In this document: one piece after another, positions 49,770 through 59,664 of the stretch | Layout: every line of letters starts with the position of its first letter | How positions within the stretch are numbered: position 1 is the first letter of the stretch | NCBI GenBank assembly: GCA_963806225.1 | Contig: CAWDXG010000004.1 | Span: forward strand, 2,336,001 to 2,400,000 | Length of the DNA stretch: 64,000 nt | From: an uncultured delta proteobacterium | GTDB lineage: Bacteria; Myxococcota_A; Polyangia; Polyangiales; Polyangiaceae | Reading direction: 5' to 3' | The notes under the pieces: model-generated | What the model was told of the DNA's origin: nothing | Databases searched by the model: none | The model's input: the letters and a program-made list of their open reading frames with translations, nothing else | Made by a program: the position numbers and the translations under genes

Positions 49770-50159
49770 GTGGCACCGCGGGGACACAGCTCGGAGACGG
49801 GGCCGGACCTGGCTCGAGGCGAGGCGCGCCCAAGCGCGACCAGTGATACGCGCGCCATCGAGACCGTGCTCGACGCCGAGCGCGCCGCCGAGGAAGCCGT
49901 CGCCGAAGCCGAAGCCGAAGCCGAACGCCTCCTGAGCGACGCGCGCGATCGCGCCCGCCGCATCGGCGAGCGCGCCGACGAGCGCATCCGCCGGGTGCAC
50001 GGGCGCTCTGCGACGCTGGCGGACCAGGCGATCGAGCAGCTCTACGAGGCGCACGAGGATCGAGCCCGCGAGTCGCAACGGAACCTGTCCAATCCGGATC
50101 TGGCGCAGGCCGCCGCAGCGCGGGTGGCGGCGTGGTTGCTCGGGGAGGACGAAGCGTGA
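49770..50159 (+). CDS. V/A-type ATPase peripheral stalk subunit G/H-like
   Basis: AIETVLDAERAAEEAVAEAEAEAERLL coiled coil; first gene of operon; GGAGG RBS and GTG. Confidence 0.72.
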   Translation: MAPRGHSSETGPDLARGEARPSATSDTRAIETVLDAERAAEEAVAEAEAEAERLLSDARDRARRIGERADERIRRVHGRSATLADQAIEQLYEAHEDRARESQRNLSNPDLAQAAAARVAAWLLGEDEA

Positions 50160-50764
50160 GCGTCTCCGGCTTCGAGTACGCCCAGGCGCGGCTGCAGGCG
50201 CACCACGCCAGCCGGCCCGACGCCGCCGCCTGGCGCCGCCTGCACGCCAGCGCGGGGCTCGAGCACTTCCTGGAAGCGTGCGAGCGGACCGGGCTTTCGG
50301 CGTGGGTCGCGGATCTGCACCCGGAGCAGGACGCCCGCACGATCGAGCGTGCCCTCGATGGCGCGTTCCGGCGCTATGCGGTCGAGGTAGCGTCGTGGCT
50401 GCCGGCGCGCTGGCAGGCCACCGTGCGGAGCGTGCCGTTCGCCGAGCGCGACGCGGACGTGGATGAGTGGCGCGCAGAGTGGCCGCGCACGTCGCGCACC
50501 GAAACCGCTGCACTCGACGAGCTGTTCGCCGTGCTCGACGCGCACCGCGAGCGCATGCGCGCCGCGACCCCGGCGGAGGACGGCTTCCGGCTCTGCGATC
50601 AGCTGGCCACGGAGCTCTCGCGGCTGTTCCGCCGGCGCACGCAGCAGCCGGTGACGCCGCTCTCCCACCTGGCGCTGACCGCACTCGATCTCGAGCGCCT
50701 GCGCGGCGCGGTGCTGCGCCGTGCGCTGTTTCCCGACATAGCCAGCGAGGCGTCATGGGTCTGA
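50156..50764 (+). CDS. V/A-type ATPase subunit C-like protein (short form)
   Basis: FEYAQARLQA N-terminal motif, L..LDLERLRG C-terminus, operon position. Confidence 0.65.
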   Translation: MSVSGFEYAQARLQAHHASRPDAAAWRRLHASAGLEHFLEACERTGLSAWVADLHPEQDARTIERALDGAFRRYAVEVASWLPARWQATVRSVPFAERDADVDEWRAEWPRTSRTETAALDELFAVLDAHRERMRAATPAEDGFRLCDQLATELSRLFRRRTQQPVTPLSHLALTALDLERLRGAVLRRALFPDIASEASWV

Positions 50765-52608
50765 AGCCACAGCCCGCCCGCTGGTTCGAAGCCCTCGCCG
50801 CCCGCGACGATCTGAGCCGGCTGGCAGAGGTGCTGGCGCGCACGGGGGTCGTGCAGGTCGAGTCCGAGCAGGAGACCGGCGAGCTGCGCCAGTCGCCGGA
50901 GCTGCGCGCAAAGCTCGACGAGTACGACCGCCTGGCGCGGCGCTATCACCCGTACTGGCCCAGCGACGAGAGCCGCGTTCTGGGCATGCCTGGGGCACCG
51001 GCAGAGGTCGTCGGGCGCGCGCTCGAGCACGTGCGCGCCTGGAGCCAGGAGGCCGATCCGGTGATCGCCCGCCTGGAACGCATCGAGAGCGAGCACTCCT
51101 CGCTCTCGATGCTCCACGAGCTGCTGTCCGCCTCGGGCGACGACTTCCCCGATTTCGACAAGCTCCGCCACGCGGGCCCCAGCCTGACGACGCGACTGTA
51201 CGTGCTGCCGCGCCAGGACGCCCGCAGGCTCGAGCTCGGCGAAGGACGGCTGATGCGCCGCATCGAGGGCGAGCAACACACCTTCGCGCTGCTGGTCGAC
51301 TCGAACGACGCCGCAAGCGAGCTCGAGCAGAGCCTGCTCGCAGCCAAGGCGCGACCGGTGGAACTGCCGTCCTGGCTCGCCTCCTCTCCCGCCGCCTCGC
51401 TAGCGCTGGTGGCAAGCCGGCTGGACGAGCTCGACGCGGAGGAAGCCGCCGCCCGTAGCGAGCTGGTAGAGAGCCAGGAAGCACACGATCTCGCCGCCGC
51501 GCTGGCCGACCTGCACCGCCTGCGTTGGTTTTTGGCCAACGTGCCGCAGCTGCCGGAGACGCGGAACTTCGCCGTCGTCACCGGCTGGACCAGCGATCTC
51601 GGCGGCGCGACGCTGCGCCGCGCCCTGGAAGAGAGCCGCCTCGACGCGTTGATCCACTACCCGCCGGCGCCACGCGATCGCACGCCCCCCATCGTCCTGT
51701 CCAATCCGCGCTGGGTGAAGCCGTTCGAGGCCTTCGCCGGCATGCTCGGCACGCCCGCGCAGCACGAAACGGATCCGAGCCCGCTGCTCGCGGTGATCGC
51801 GCCGCTCCTTTTCGGGTTCATGTTCGGCGACGTTGGACAGGGCTTCGTGCTGCTCGTCGCCGGACTGCTGCTGTACAAGCGCCTGCCGGTGTTGCGTCTG
51901 CTCATCCCGGGCGGCATTGCTGCGATGGGCTTCGGCGTGCTGTTCGGCGGCGTCTTCGGGTTGCACGACGTGATACCCGCACTGTGGGTGCACCCGCTGT
52001 CCGATCCGCTCGGCGTGCTGGTCGCCTCGCTGTTCGGAGGCGCCGCGATCCTGCTGCTCGGGCTCTTGCTCGGTGGAGTGCAGGCACGCTGGCAGCACCG
52101 CCTGCTGGCGTGGCTCGCCACCGATGCCGCGCTCGTCGCGATCTACCTAGGACTGCTCGGCGTGGTCCTCGATCGCCGCGCGCTGTGGGTCGCCCTGGGC
52201 GGCGTGGTGTGGCACGTGACGGGCAGCGGCGCGGTCGCCCGCCGCGCGCGCCTTTTGACCGCGGCCTCCGCCGGCGGACATCTGATCGAGCGCACGCTGC
52301 AGCTGTTCGTGAACACGGTGTCGTTCGCGCGCGTCGGCGCGTTCGCGCTGGCACACGCCGGCCTGTCGACGGCCATCGTCGGCCTGTCGCACGCGGCCGC
52401 AGGTCCCGCCGGCACGGTCGCGGTGCTGATCGTCGGCAACGCCTTCACGCTTCTGCTCGAAGGGCTGGTGGTCTCCATCCAGACCACGCGACTCGTGCTG
52501 TTCGAGTTCTTTGTGCGGTTCCTCAAGGGCGAAGGGCGGCAGTTCCGGCCGCTTCTGCCACCCCCTCGACCGCGACCCCCTGCCACCGAAGGAGCACACC
52601 AGACATGA
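50755..52608 (+). CDS. ntpI: V/A-type ATPase subunit I (a)
   Basis: VTGW, ETDPSP, FGFMFGDVGQG, NTVSFARVGAFALAH, IQTTRLVLFEFF. Confidence 0.95.
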   Translation: MGLKPQPARWFEALAARDDLSRLAEVLARTGVVQVESEQETGELRQSPELRAKLDEYDRLARRYHPYWPSDESRVLGMPGAPAEVVGRALEHVRAWSQEADPVIARLERIESEHSSLSMLHELLSASGDDFPDFDKLRHAGPSLTTRLYVLPRQDARRLELGEGRLMRRIEGEQHTFALLVDSNDAASELEQSLLAAKARPVELPSWLASSPAASLALVASRLDELDAEEAAARSELVESQEAHDLAAALADLHRLRWFLANVPQLPETRNFAVVTGWTSDLGGATLRRALEESRLDALIHYPPAPRDRTPPIVLSNPRWVKPFEAFAGMLGTPAQHETDPSPLLAVIAPLLFGFMFGDVGQGFVLLVAGLLLYKRLPVLRLLIPGGIAAMGFGVLFGGVFGLHDVIPALWVHPLSDPLGVLVASLFGGAAILLLGLLLGGVQARWQHRLLAWLATDAALVAIYLGLLGVVLDRRALWVALGGVVWHVTGSGAVARRARLLTAASAGGHLIERTLQLFVNTVSFARVGAFALAHAGLSTAIVGLSHAAAGPAGTVAVLIVGNAFTLLLEGLVVSIQTTRLVLFEFFVRFLKGEGRQFRPLLPPPRPRPPATEGAHQT

Positions 52609-52952
52609 GGTCTTCCATCTGGATCTGGATCGCCATCGTCGGCGTGCTGAGCCTGCTCGCCACGCTGCTCCTGCTCTCTTCCTCCGCCGCCGCCGCGCCG
52701 GCCGCGGGCTCGGCGGCGCTCACCGTGGACCCGTCCGTGCTGCGCTGGGCGTACGCCGCCGCCGCCGCTGCGACGGCCGTCTCGTCGGCGGCCGCGGCCT
52801 ACGCCGTGGCCCGCGTCGCCAGCGCGTCGGTGGGCGCGCTCACCGAGAAGCCGGAGCTGTTCGGCCGCGTGCTGGTGCTGGTCGGTCTGGCCGAAGGCAT
52901 CGCGATCTACGGGCTCATCATCTCGATCCTGATCCTGAACCATCTCGGGTAG
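52605..52952 (+). CDS. ntpK: V/A-type ATPase proteolipid subunit K (c)
   Basis: EKPELFGRVLVLVGLAEGIAIYGLII. Confidence 0.94.
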   Translation: MRSSIWIWIAIVGVLSLLATLLLLSSSAAAAPAAGSAALTVDPSVLRWAYAAAAAATAVSSAAAAYAVARVASASVGALTEKPELFGRVLVLVGLAEGIAIYGLIISILILNHLG

Positions 52953-52956
52953 CGCC

Positions 52957-53274
52957 ATGGCCGCGGGAAAGCCAACCGGGGAGCAGCTGCCGATCTTCAT
53001 CGGGGACGAGCTCAGCGCGCTGGGCTACCGGCGCGCCGGCGCGCGCGTGATCGTGCCGGGCGACGACCTGCTCGAAGCGTTCGAGCGCGCCTGCGGCGAG
53101 GCCCCGGTCGTGCTCATTACGGCCGAGCTCGCCGCGCGTCTACCCGCGCGGCGCCTCGGCCAGGCGCGTCTCGCGCTCCAGCCGGTCGTCCTCGTCGTCC
53201 CGGACGTGCAGAACCGGAGCCCGATGCCGGATGCCGGCGAGCGCGTGCGCCGCCAGCTGGGGATGGAGACATGA
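52957..53274 (+). CDS. ntpF: V/A-type ATPase subunit F
   Basis: IGDELSALGYRRAG, VLIT, VVPD, VRRQLG. Confidence 0.9.
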   Translation: MAAGKPTGEQLPIFIGDELSALGYRRAGARVIVPGDDLLEAFERACGEAPVVLITAELAARLPARRLGQARLALQPVVLVVPDVQNRSPMPDAGERVRRQLGMET

Positions 53275-53888
53275 CCGGAAGCGAGGTCGAGACCTTCCTC
53301 GCGATCGTCGAGCGCGATCGCGCGGCGCGCTGCAACGCCATCCTGCGCGACGCCCGCGAGCGCTCCGCTGCGCTGCTCGGCGAGGCACGGCGCGAGGCCC
53401 GGCGCCGCGTGTCCACCGCCGTTCAGGACGACCGTGCGCGCAGCCGCCAGCGCACCGAAGCAGCGCGGGCCGAACTCTTGACGCGCGAACGGCAGCTGCA
53501 TCAGGAAGTCGCGACGAAACTGCTTTCGCGCGGCTGGGAACAGCTCCGGACAATCCTGCGCGTTCGCTGGCAGCAGCCGGACCGCCGCGCGCGCTGGATG
53601 GCGGCGCTCGTCGCCGACGCCGCGCGGCTCCTGCCCCACGGGAGCTGGCGTGTCCAGCATCCCGAGCTGGACTCCGCCGAGCTCGAGTCCCTCGCCCGCA
53701 TCACCACCGAAGCGAGCGACGCCGCACCGTCGCTGGAGCTTGCTCCGGAGATCGAGGTCGGCCTCTGCGTGCACGCCGCCAGCGCCACGCTCGACGGCAC
53801 GCTCCGGGGACTGCTCGCCGATCGCCGCAGGGTCGAGGGCCGCCTCTTGATGGAGCTCGCCCACGGGGGAAAGGACGCCGCCGCGTGA
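53271..53888 (+). CDS. ntpE: V/A-type ATPase subunit E-like
   Basis: N-terminal coiled coil; I..GL.V......LDGT...L C-terminal motif; operon position. Confidence 0.78.
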   Translation: MTGSEVETFLAIVERDRAARCNAILRDARERSAALLGEARREARRRVSTAVQDDRARSRQRTEAARAELLTRERQLHQEVATKLLSRGWEQLRTILRVRWQQPDRRARWMAALVADAARLLPHGSWRVQHPELDSAELESLARITTEASDAAPSLELAPEIEVGLCVHAASATLDGTLRGLLADRRRVEGRLLMELAHGGKDAAA

Positions 53889-55633
53889 ACGAGGCCACCC
53901 TGCGCTGGATCAGCGGACCGGTGCTGCGCGCGCGCAGCTCGGCGCCGTTCCAGGTCAACGAGGCCGTGCTGGTCGGCGGGCAGCAGCTTCTGGGCGAGGT
54001 GATCCAGCTTCTTGGCGAGGAGATCGTGGTGCAGGTCTACGAGGACACCACCGGACTCGAGCCGGGCGCGCGCGTCGAGGGCACCGGAGGCCCGCTGTCG
54101 GTGCGGCTCGGCCCCGCGCTGCTCGGCCACATCTTCGACGGCCTGCTGCGTCCGCTCGGCGACCAGGGGCGCTTCGTCTCGCCCGGCCTGCGGCCGGGTC
54201 GCGACGTGTCGATGACGTTCCACGCGCGCGTGAAGCGCGGCGATGCGCTCCGCGGCGGCGCAGTGCTCGGCGACGTCGATGCTCCCGGCGCACGCCGCCA
54301 GCGCTGCCTCGTCCCGCCCGGCATCGAGGGCGAGGTCGTCGAGGTCGCCGCCGACGGCGCCTACGGCCCCGACGACACGGTGGTCCGCCTCCGCACCGTG
54401 GACGGCGTGGTCGAGCTCTCGATGTCGCACCGCTGGCCGGTGCGTGTGGCGCGCCCCGTCGCAAGCCGCCTACCCGCCGATCGCCCGCTGCTCACTGGCC
54501 AACGCATCCTCGACACGCTCTTCCCGGTGGCCCGCGGCGGGCGCGCCGCGCTGCCCGGCGGTTTCGGCACCGGCAAGACCGTGCTGCAGCAGACGCTGTG
54601 CAAGTGGAGCGACGCGGACGTGGTCGTGTACGTCGGCTGCGGCGAGCGCGGCAACGAGATGGCGGAGGTACTGCAGGAGCTGCCCGAGCTCGACGACCCC
54701 ACGACGGGACGCCGTCTGCTCGAGCGCACCGTAATCATCGCCAACACCTCGAACATGCCGGTGGCCGCGCGCGAGGCGAGCATCTACACCGGGGTCACGG
54801 TCGCCGAGTACTTCCGCGACCAGGGGCTCGCGGTGGCGCTCATGGCCGACTCGACCAGCCGATGGGCCGAAGCGCTGCGCGAAATCTCCGGCCGCCTGGG
54901 CGAGCTGCCCGCCGAGAGCGGCTACCCAGCGTACCTTTCGAGCCGGCTCGCCGAATTCTACGAGCGCGCCGGGCGCGTGCAGACGCTCTCCGGCGAGGAA
55001 GGCTCGCTCACGCTCGTCGGCGCCGTGAGCCCGCCCGGTGGCGACTTCTCCGAGCCCGTCACGAAGCACACCGAGCGCTACGTCCGCTGCCTGTGGAGCC
55101 TGGACCCGGCGCGCGCCCACGCCCGCATCTACCCCGCCATCCATCCGCTCGCGTCGTACTCCGAGGATGTGGATGCGCTCGCACCGTGGTGGGAGGCGGA
55201 GGGCGATCCGCGCTGGCTCGAGCACCGGCGGCGGCTGCTCGGGCTGCTCGAGGACCAGGCGCGACTCGAGCGCATGGCGCGCATCATCGGCAAGGACGCC
55301 CTGCCCGAGCGGCAGCAGCTGGTGCTGCTCTCCGCCGAGCTCGCCAGCGACGGCTTCCTTCGCCAGTCGGCGCTCTCGCCGGTGGACGCGCACTGCTCGC
55401 CGTTGCGCCAGGTCGCGATGCTCCGGCTCGTAGTGCGCTTCGCCGAACTGGCCGAGCAGGCGCTGGAGCGCGGCGTGCGGCTGTCGCAGATCGCGGAGCT
55501 GCGGGTGCTGGACCAGCTCCGGCGCATGAGCGAGGAGATCGGCGACGAGCGGGTCGAGGAGCTCGAGACCCTGGCGCGCGATCTCGACGAGGCCTTCGCG
55601 GGGCTGGGAAGGGAGCACGACCTTGCAGGCTGA
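53885..55633 (+). CDS. ntpA: V/A-type ATPase catalytic subunit A
   Basis: QVYEDT, GGFGTGKT, GCGERGNEM, NTSNMPVAARE, DSTSRWAEA, GYPAYL, SPPGGDFSEPVT. Confidence 0.98.
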   Translation: MNEATLRWISGPVLRARSSAPFQVNEAVLVGGQQLLGEVIQLLGEEIVVQVYEDTTGLEPGARVEGTGGPLSVRLGPALLGHIFDGLLRPLGDQGRFVSPGLRPGRDVSMTFHARVKRGDALRGGAVLGDVDAPGARRQRCLVPPGIEGEVVEVAADGAYGPDDTVVRLRTVDGVVELSMSHRWPVRVARPVASRLPADRPLLTGQRILDTLFPVARGGRAALPGGFGTGKTVLQQTLCKWSDADVVVYVGCGERGNEMAEVLQELPELDDPTTGRRLLERTVIIANTSNMPVAAREASIYTGVTVAEYFRDQGLAVALMADSTSRWAEALREISGRLGELPAESGYPAYLSSRLAEFYERAGRVQTLSGEEGSLTLVGAVSPPGGDFSEPVTKHTERYVRCLWSLDPARAHARIYPAIHPLASYSEDVDALAPWWEAEGDPRWLEHRRRLLGLLEDQARLERMARIIGKDALPERQQLVLLSAELASDGFLRQSALSPVDAHCSPLRQVAMLRLVVRFAELAEQALERGVRLSQIAELRVLDQLRRMSEEIGDERVEELETLARDLDEAFAGLGREHDLAG

Positions 55634-57011
55634 GCTCAGCGTCGCCGGCGTCGCCACGCGCATAGAAGGCCCACTCCTGTTCCTCCGGCGGGACGTACGC
55701 GTCGGGCTGAACGAGTCGGTCGAGGTGTTCGGCAGCGACGGCAGGAGCCGCCTCGGCCGCGTTGCCACGCTCGACGAGAGTTCGATGGTGGTGGAGGTGC
55801 TGGAGTCGACGGCCGGGCTCAGCCTACCGGAGTCGCGCGTGCGCCTGCACGGCGCGCCGCTGCTGTTCTCCGTGGGGCCGGGCATCCTCGGGCGCACGTT
55901 CAACGGCGTGGGGCAGCCGATCGACGGCGGCCCGCCGCTCGAGGCGGAGAAGGCGCTGCCGATCGACGGGTTGCCCGTGAATCCCGCACGGCGCATCAAG
56001 CCGTTCGAGTTCATCGAGACGGGGCTGACCAGCATCGACCTGTTGAACAGCGTGGTGCGCGGACAGAAGCTGCCGCTCTTCTCGGCCGCGGGCCTGCCGC
56101 ACGATCGCATGATGGCCGGCATCGCAGAGCGGGCGCGGCTGCTCGGTGGCGATCAGGCAGGCTTCGCGATCGTGTTCGCCGGCATTGGCGTCTCGTACGA
56201 CACGGCCGAGGCGTTCCGCCGCTCGATGGAGCAGAGCGGCGCGCTGGAGCACACGGCGCTGTTCCTGAACCTCGCCAGCGAGTCGAGCACGCAACGGCTG
56301 CTAACGCCGCGCTTCGCGCTCAGCGCGGCCGAGTACCTGGCGTTCACCGAGGGGCGGCACGTGCTGGTGCTGATGACGGACATGACCAACTACTGCGAGG
56401 CGCTGCGCGAGGTGAGCGCGAGCCACGGCGAGATCCCGAGCCGCAAGGGCTACCCGGGCTACATGTACTCTGATCTCGCCTCGATCTACGAGCGCGCCGG
56501 CGTGATCGAAGGGCTGCCCGGCAGCGTGACGGAGCTGGTCGCCCTGACCATGCCGGCCGGCGACATCAGCCATCCCATCGCCGATCTCACCGGCTACATC
56601 ACCGAGGGGCAGATCGTGCTCGACCGCGAGCTGGATCGCCGCGGCATCTACCCGCCGGTGAAGGTGCTGCCCAGCCTGTCGCGGCTGATGAAGGACGGCA
56701 CCGGCGAAGGCTCGACGCACGTCGATCACCCCGCGCTGGCGCAGCAGCTGTACGCCTCGTACGCCCGCGCCGACAACGTGCGCACGCTGGCCAGTGTGGT
56801 CGGCAGCGAGGGGCTCACCGCCGCCGACCAGCGCTTCCTCGAGTTCGGCGACCGCTTCGAGCGGCAGCTTGTCCACCAGGAGGGCGCGCGCACACTCGAG
56901 CAGAGCCTGGAGATCGGATGGAAGCTCTGCGCCACGCTGCCGGCGACAGACCTTCACCGCCTGAGCCGCGCCCAGCTCGCGCGCCACATCGAGCGGAAGG
57001 AGACGGAGTAG
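55623..57011 (+). CDS. ntpB: V/A-type ATPase subunit B
   Basis: RGQKLPLFS, TDMTNYCEALRE, GYPGYMYSDL, DLTGYITEGQ, LPSLSRLM. Confidence 0.98.
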   Translation: MQAELSVAGVATRIEGPLLFLRRDVRVGLNESVEVFGSDGRSRLGRVATLDESSMVVEVLESTAGLSLPESRVRLHGAPLLFSVGPGILGRTFNGVGQPIDGGPPLEAEKALPIDGLPVNPARRIKPFEFIETGLTSIDLLNSVVRGQKLPLFSAAGLPHDRMMAGIAERARLLGGDQAGFAIVFAGIGVSYDTAEAFRRSMEQSGALEHTALFLNLASESSTQRLLTPRFALSAAEYLAFTEGRHVLVLMTDMTNYCEALREVSASHGEIPSRKGYPGYMYSDLASIYERAGVIEGLPGSVTELVALTMPAGDISHPIADLTGYITEGQIVLDRELDRRGIYPPVKVLPSLSRLMKDGTGEGSTHVDHPALAQQLYASYARADNVRTLASVVGSEGLTAADQRFLEFGDRFERQLVHQEGARTLEQSLEIGWKLCATLPATDLHRLSRAQLARHIERKETE

Positions 57012-57013
57012 CG

Positions 57014-57634
57014 ATGGCCACCGCCGCGCGCGATGTCGTGGCGACCCGTTCGGTGCTGCTCGAGCTGAAGGACGAGCGGCGCTTCACGCGCGAGGGGCAC
57101 GACTTCCTCGACCAGAAGCGCATGCTGGTCGCGGGCGAGCTGCTGCGCTGGCTCCGGCGCTACGAGGCGGGTCGCGCCGAGCTCTCCGCCGCGCACGAAG
57201 CCGCGCGCCGCGCGCTGGCCGAAGCGGTGGCGATGCACGGCGTCGAGGAGCTGGCGCTGATGCCAGCCGGGAAATTCGACCTGGGCGGCGTGGAACTTTC
57301 CGTCGGAAACTTCCTCGGCGTGCCGCTGGTGCACGCGAGCGGCGCGCCGCGCGCCGAGCCGCCGGTACCCGACGCGGTGCACCCCTCCCCCGAGGCCCGC
57401 CGCGCCGCCGCTCGCTTCGCCAAGCTGCTCGAGCTTGCGACATCGCTGGCCGTCTTCGAGGAGAACCTGCTGCGCCTACTCGACGAGTACCGCCGCACCG
57501 AACGCCGCGCCCGCGCGCTCGAGAACGTCATCCTTCCCGAGCTCGATCTGACCGTGAAGGAAGTCGACGACCAGCTCGAGGAACAGGATCTGGAAGAGGC
57601 AACGCGGCTCAGGCTCGAGCGGGAGCGGGTGTAG
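57014..57634 (+). CDS. ntpD: V/A-type ATPase subunit D
   Basis: TRSVLLELK, GHDFLDQKR, NFLGV, TERRARALENVILP. Confidence 0.95.
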   Translation: MATAARDVVATRSVLLELKDERRFTREGHDFLDQKRMLVAGELLRWLRRYEAGRAELSAAHEAARRALAEAVAMHGVEELALMPAGKFDLGGVELSVGNFLGVPLVHASGAPRAEPPVPDAVHPSPEARRAAARFAKLLELATSLAVFEENLLRLLDEYRRTERRARALENVILPELDLTVKEVDDQLEEQDLEEATRLRLERERV

Positions 57635-57648
57635 CCGCCTGTCCGGAT

Positions 57649-59448
57649 TCAGTTCCCCGGTCCCAACCCGTACACGGACGTGAACGACGACGGCGCGACG
57701 AAGAAGGTACCCTGGGCGACCTCTTTGCCGTCGCGGATCTCGCGGACGTTGTGGAAGCCCTGGTCGAGGTTCAGGAAGTAGGCGATCTGGCCGCTCGAGA
57801 CGACGTAGTTCCAGTCCCTGTCCCAGTAGCCGTCGGGAGGCCGCCCGTCGAGACGCACGGTCACCTCTTTCGTGGCACTGTTCGCACAGTCGAGGGTGAG
57901 CACCGCGAGCGCGCCTTTGCCAGCATCCACGGGGATGCCGAAGCTCTTGGCCAGCTTCCGCACCACAGCGCGCGTGGCGTACGGCCACGCCGATCCGGTC
58001 ATCCACGGATGCCACCAGCGGCGTATCGCCGGGCGGAAGTAGAAGCGGTCCCAGTAGTCCTTCTCGCCGCTCGCGAACAAGAACCCCCGGAAGCCCGAGG
58101 TGCGGGTGGGCACCAAGAGCTGTGCGGCGCCGAGGCTGTTCGTGACCCCGCGCGACACCGGGGAGATGCAGTACGGATCGGTCCGGCTGCAGGCTCGCAC
58201 CACGATTCCCGACGCCGGCAGCCCCGCCGAATCGGTCAGCATGAACGCGGCGGGCACGTGCCTTGCGGCCGGCGTGAGGTGGGACAACGGCTTGCCCAGG
58301 CACGACCACTCCTGGGGCGCGCCGCTGTCGCCGAAGACGGGTCCACCGCAGTCGTCGCCGCAGCCGACGCTGGCCGGCGCTGCCCGGGTCATCAGGCTCG
58401 ACACCCAGGCGTCGAGGTGCACGCTGCCGATGCCCACGTCGTAGAAGTCCGGCTGGTTCTCGATAGTGTGCATCCAGCCCGGCGCCCGGTACGACGCGAA
58501 GCGCGGCAGCGTCGCCTGCAGGTCCGCGAGGTCCGCGCGCGCCGCGACCGCCCACGCCCGCACGCCGCCTCCGCCGTAGTAGCGGTACTGGGCCGCGGCG
58601 CTGTCGTCGTAGGCGGAGGTGTACTCGCTCAGCATGACGTTCGGGAACGCGGCGGCAACCGCCCGGTACAGATCGTTGATGCTGTGGATGTCCGCAAGGG
58701 GCCCGAGCGAGGCGGGGAAGCGTCGACGCGCGTGCCACTCTGGCGCCACGAACCCCGGCTGCGCGCTCACGCCCACTCCCGAGTCGCCGAGCTGATAGAC
58801 GCTGGCATCCGGATAGTGGTGCGCAACCAGCGCCGCGCCGGTGAGCGACGCGTACGCTCCGGCACTCTGCCCGGTCACGAACACGGCATCCGGCGCGGAC
58901 AGGTTCGCGTACAGCCAGTGCAGCGCGGTGAGCGCGTTGACCGCGCCGCGGTGGTAGAACTCCTGCGCTCCGTACGTCTGCACAGCGTCGCCCCAGTGGT
59001 TGTCCCCCGTGCACTCGGGGACGAACACGTGGGTCCAGTCCTTGAACGGATTGCGGGGATCGGCGTGATCGTGGATGCCGACGTTGCGCGCGCCACCCAC
59101 CATGTCGGGCTCCGGCGTGAGATCGCTGAAAGCGAGCCGATCGACGAAGCAGGTCTGCTCGCTGGAGCAGGCGCCGCCGCGCTGGAACTCCACCACCACG
59201 CGGTTCACCGTGCCGCGCCGCACCAGGAACGCCCAGTTCGAGCCGTCACCGCAGCGGGTCCTCCCGCCGGGCCAGAGCTCGTTCCAACCGGGTTTCAGAT
59301 CGTCGAGGGACGGGAGCGCGTTCGCCGGCTCGTCCGCCTCGCGCGGCGACGACGGGCCGCATCCAGACGCGACGAGCAGCAGCGCCGCGCAAAGTGCCGC
59401 GACACCGCGAATGCGCGTGAGCTCTCCGTTGCAGTCGCTGCGATGCAT
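57649..59448 (-). CDS. Pectinacetylesterase/Notum-like lipoprotein with extra C-terminal domain
   Basis: ASGCG lipobox, CGDGS, FQRGGAC, NPFKDWTHVFVPECTGDNH, GQSAG, DSG; start uncertain. Confidence 0.87.
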   Translation of the reverse strand: MHRSDCNGELTRIRGVAALCAALLLVASGCGPSSPREADEPANALPSLDDLKPGWNELWPGGRTRCGDGSNWAFLVRRGTVNRVVVEFQRGGACSSEQTCFVDRLAFSDLTPEPDMVGGARNVGIHDHADPRNPFKDWTHVFVPECTGDNHWGDAVQTYGAQEFYHRGAVNALTALHWLYANLSAPDAVFVTGQSAGAYASLTGAALVAHHYPDASVYQLGDSGVGVSAQPGFVAPEWHARRRFPASLGPLADIHSINDLYRAVAAAFPNVMLSEYTSAYDDSAAAQYRYYGGGGVRAWAVAARADLADLQATLPRFASYRAPGWMHTIENQPDFYDVGIGSVHLDAWVSSLMTRAAPASVGCGDDCGGPVFGDSGAPQEWSCLGKPLSHLTPAARHVPAAFMLTDSAGLPASGIVVRACSRTDPYCISPVSRGVTNSLGAAQLLVPTRTSGFRGFLFASGEKDYWDRFYFRPAIRRWWHPWMTGSAWPYATRAVVRKLAKSFGIPVDAGKGALAVLTLDCANSATKEVTVRLDGRPPDGYWDRDWNYVVSSGQIAYFLNLDQGFHNVREIRDGKEVAQGTFFVAPSSFTSVYGLGPGN

Positions 59449-59664
59449 GGCTCGTACCCGCGCGCGGTCACCGATTGTGTGCGTACCACCCAATACGTTC
59501 GGTCGCCCTCAGGCGGAACGCAAGCCGTCGATCGGCGATTGCCGTTCGGGTCCCCCCCCACCGGAAGAGGGCAACCAGTTGCGTCGAAGTGTCACCCCGA
59601 CGCGCCGCGCACGCCGTGAGGGACCGGAGCGCGTAGCTGCGAAGGGTGCTACGCTCGTGCCACT

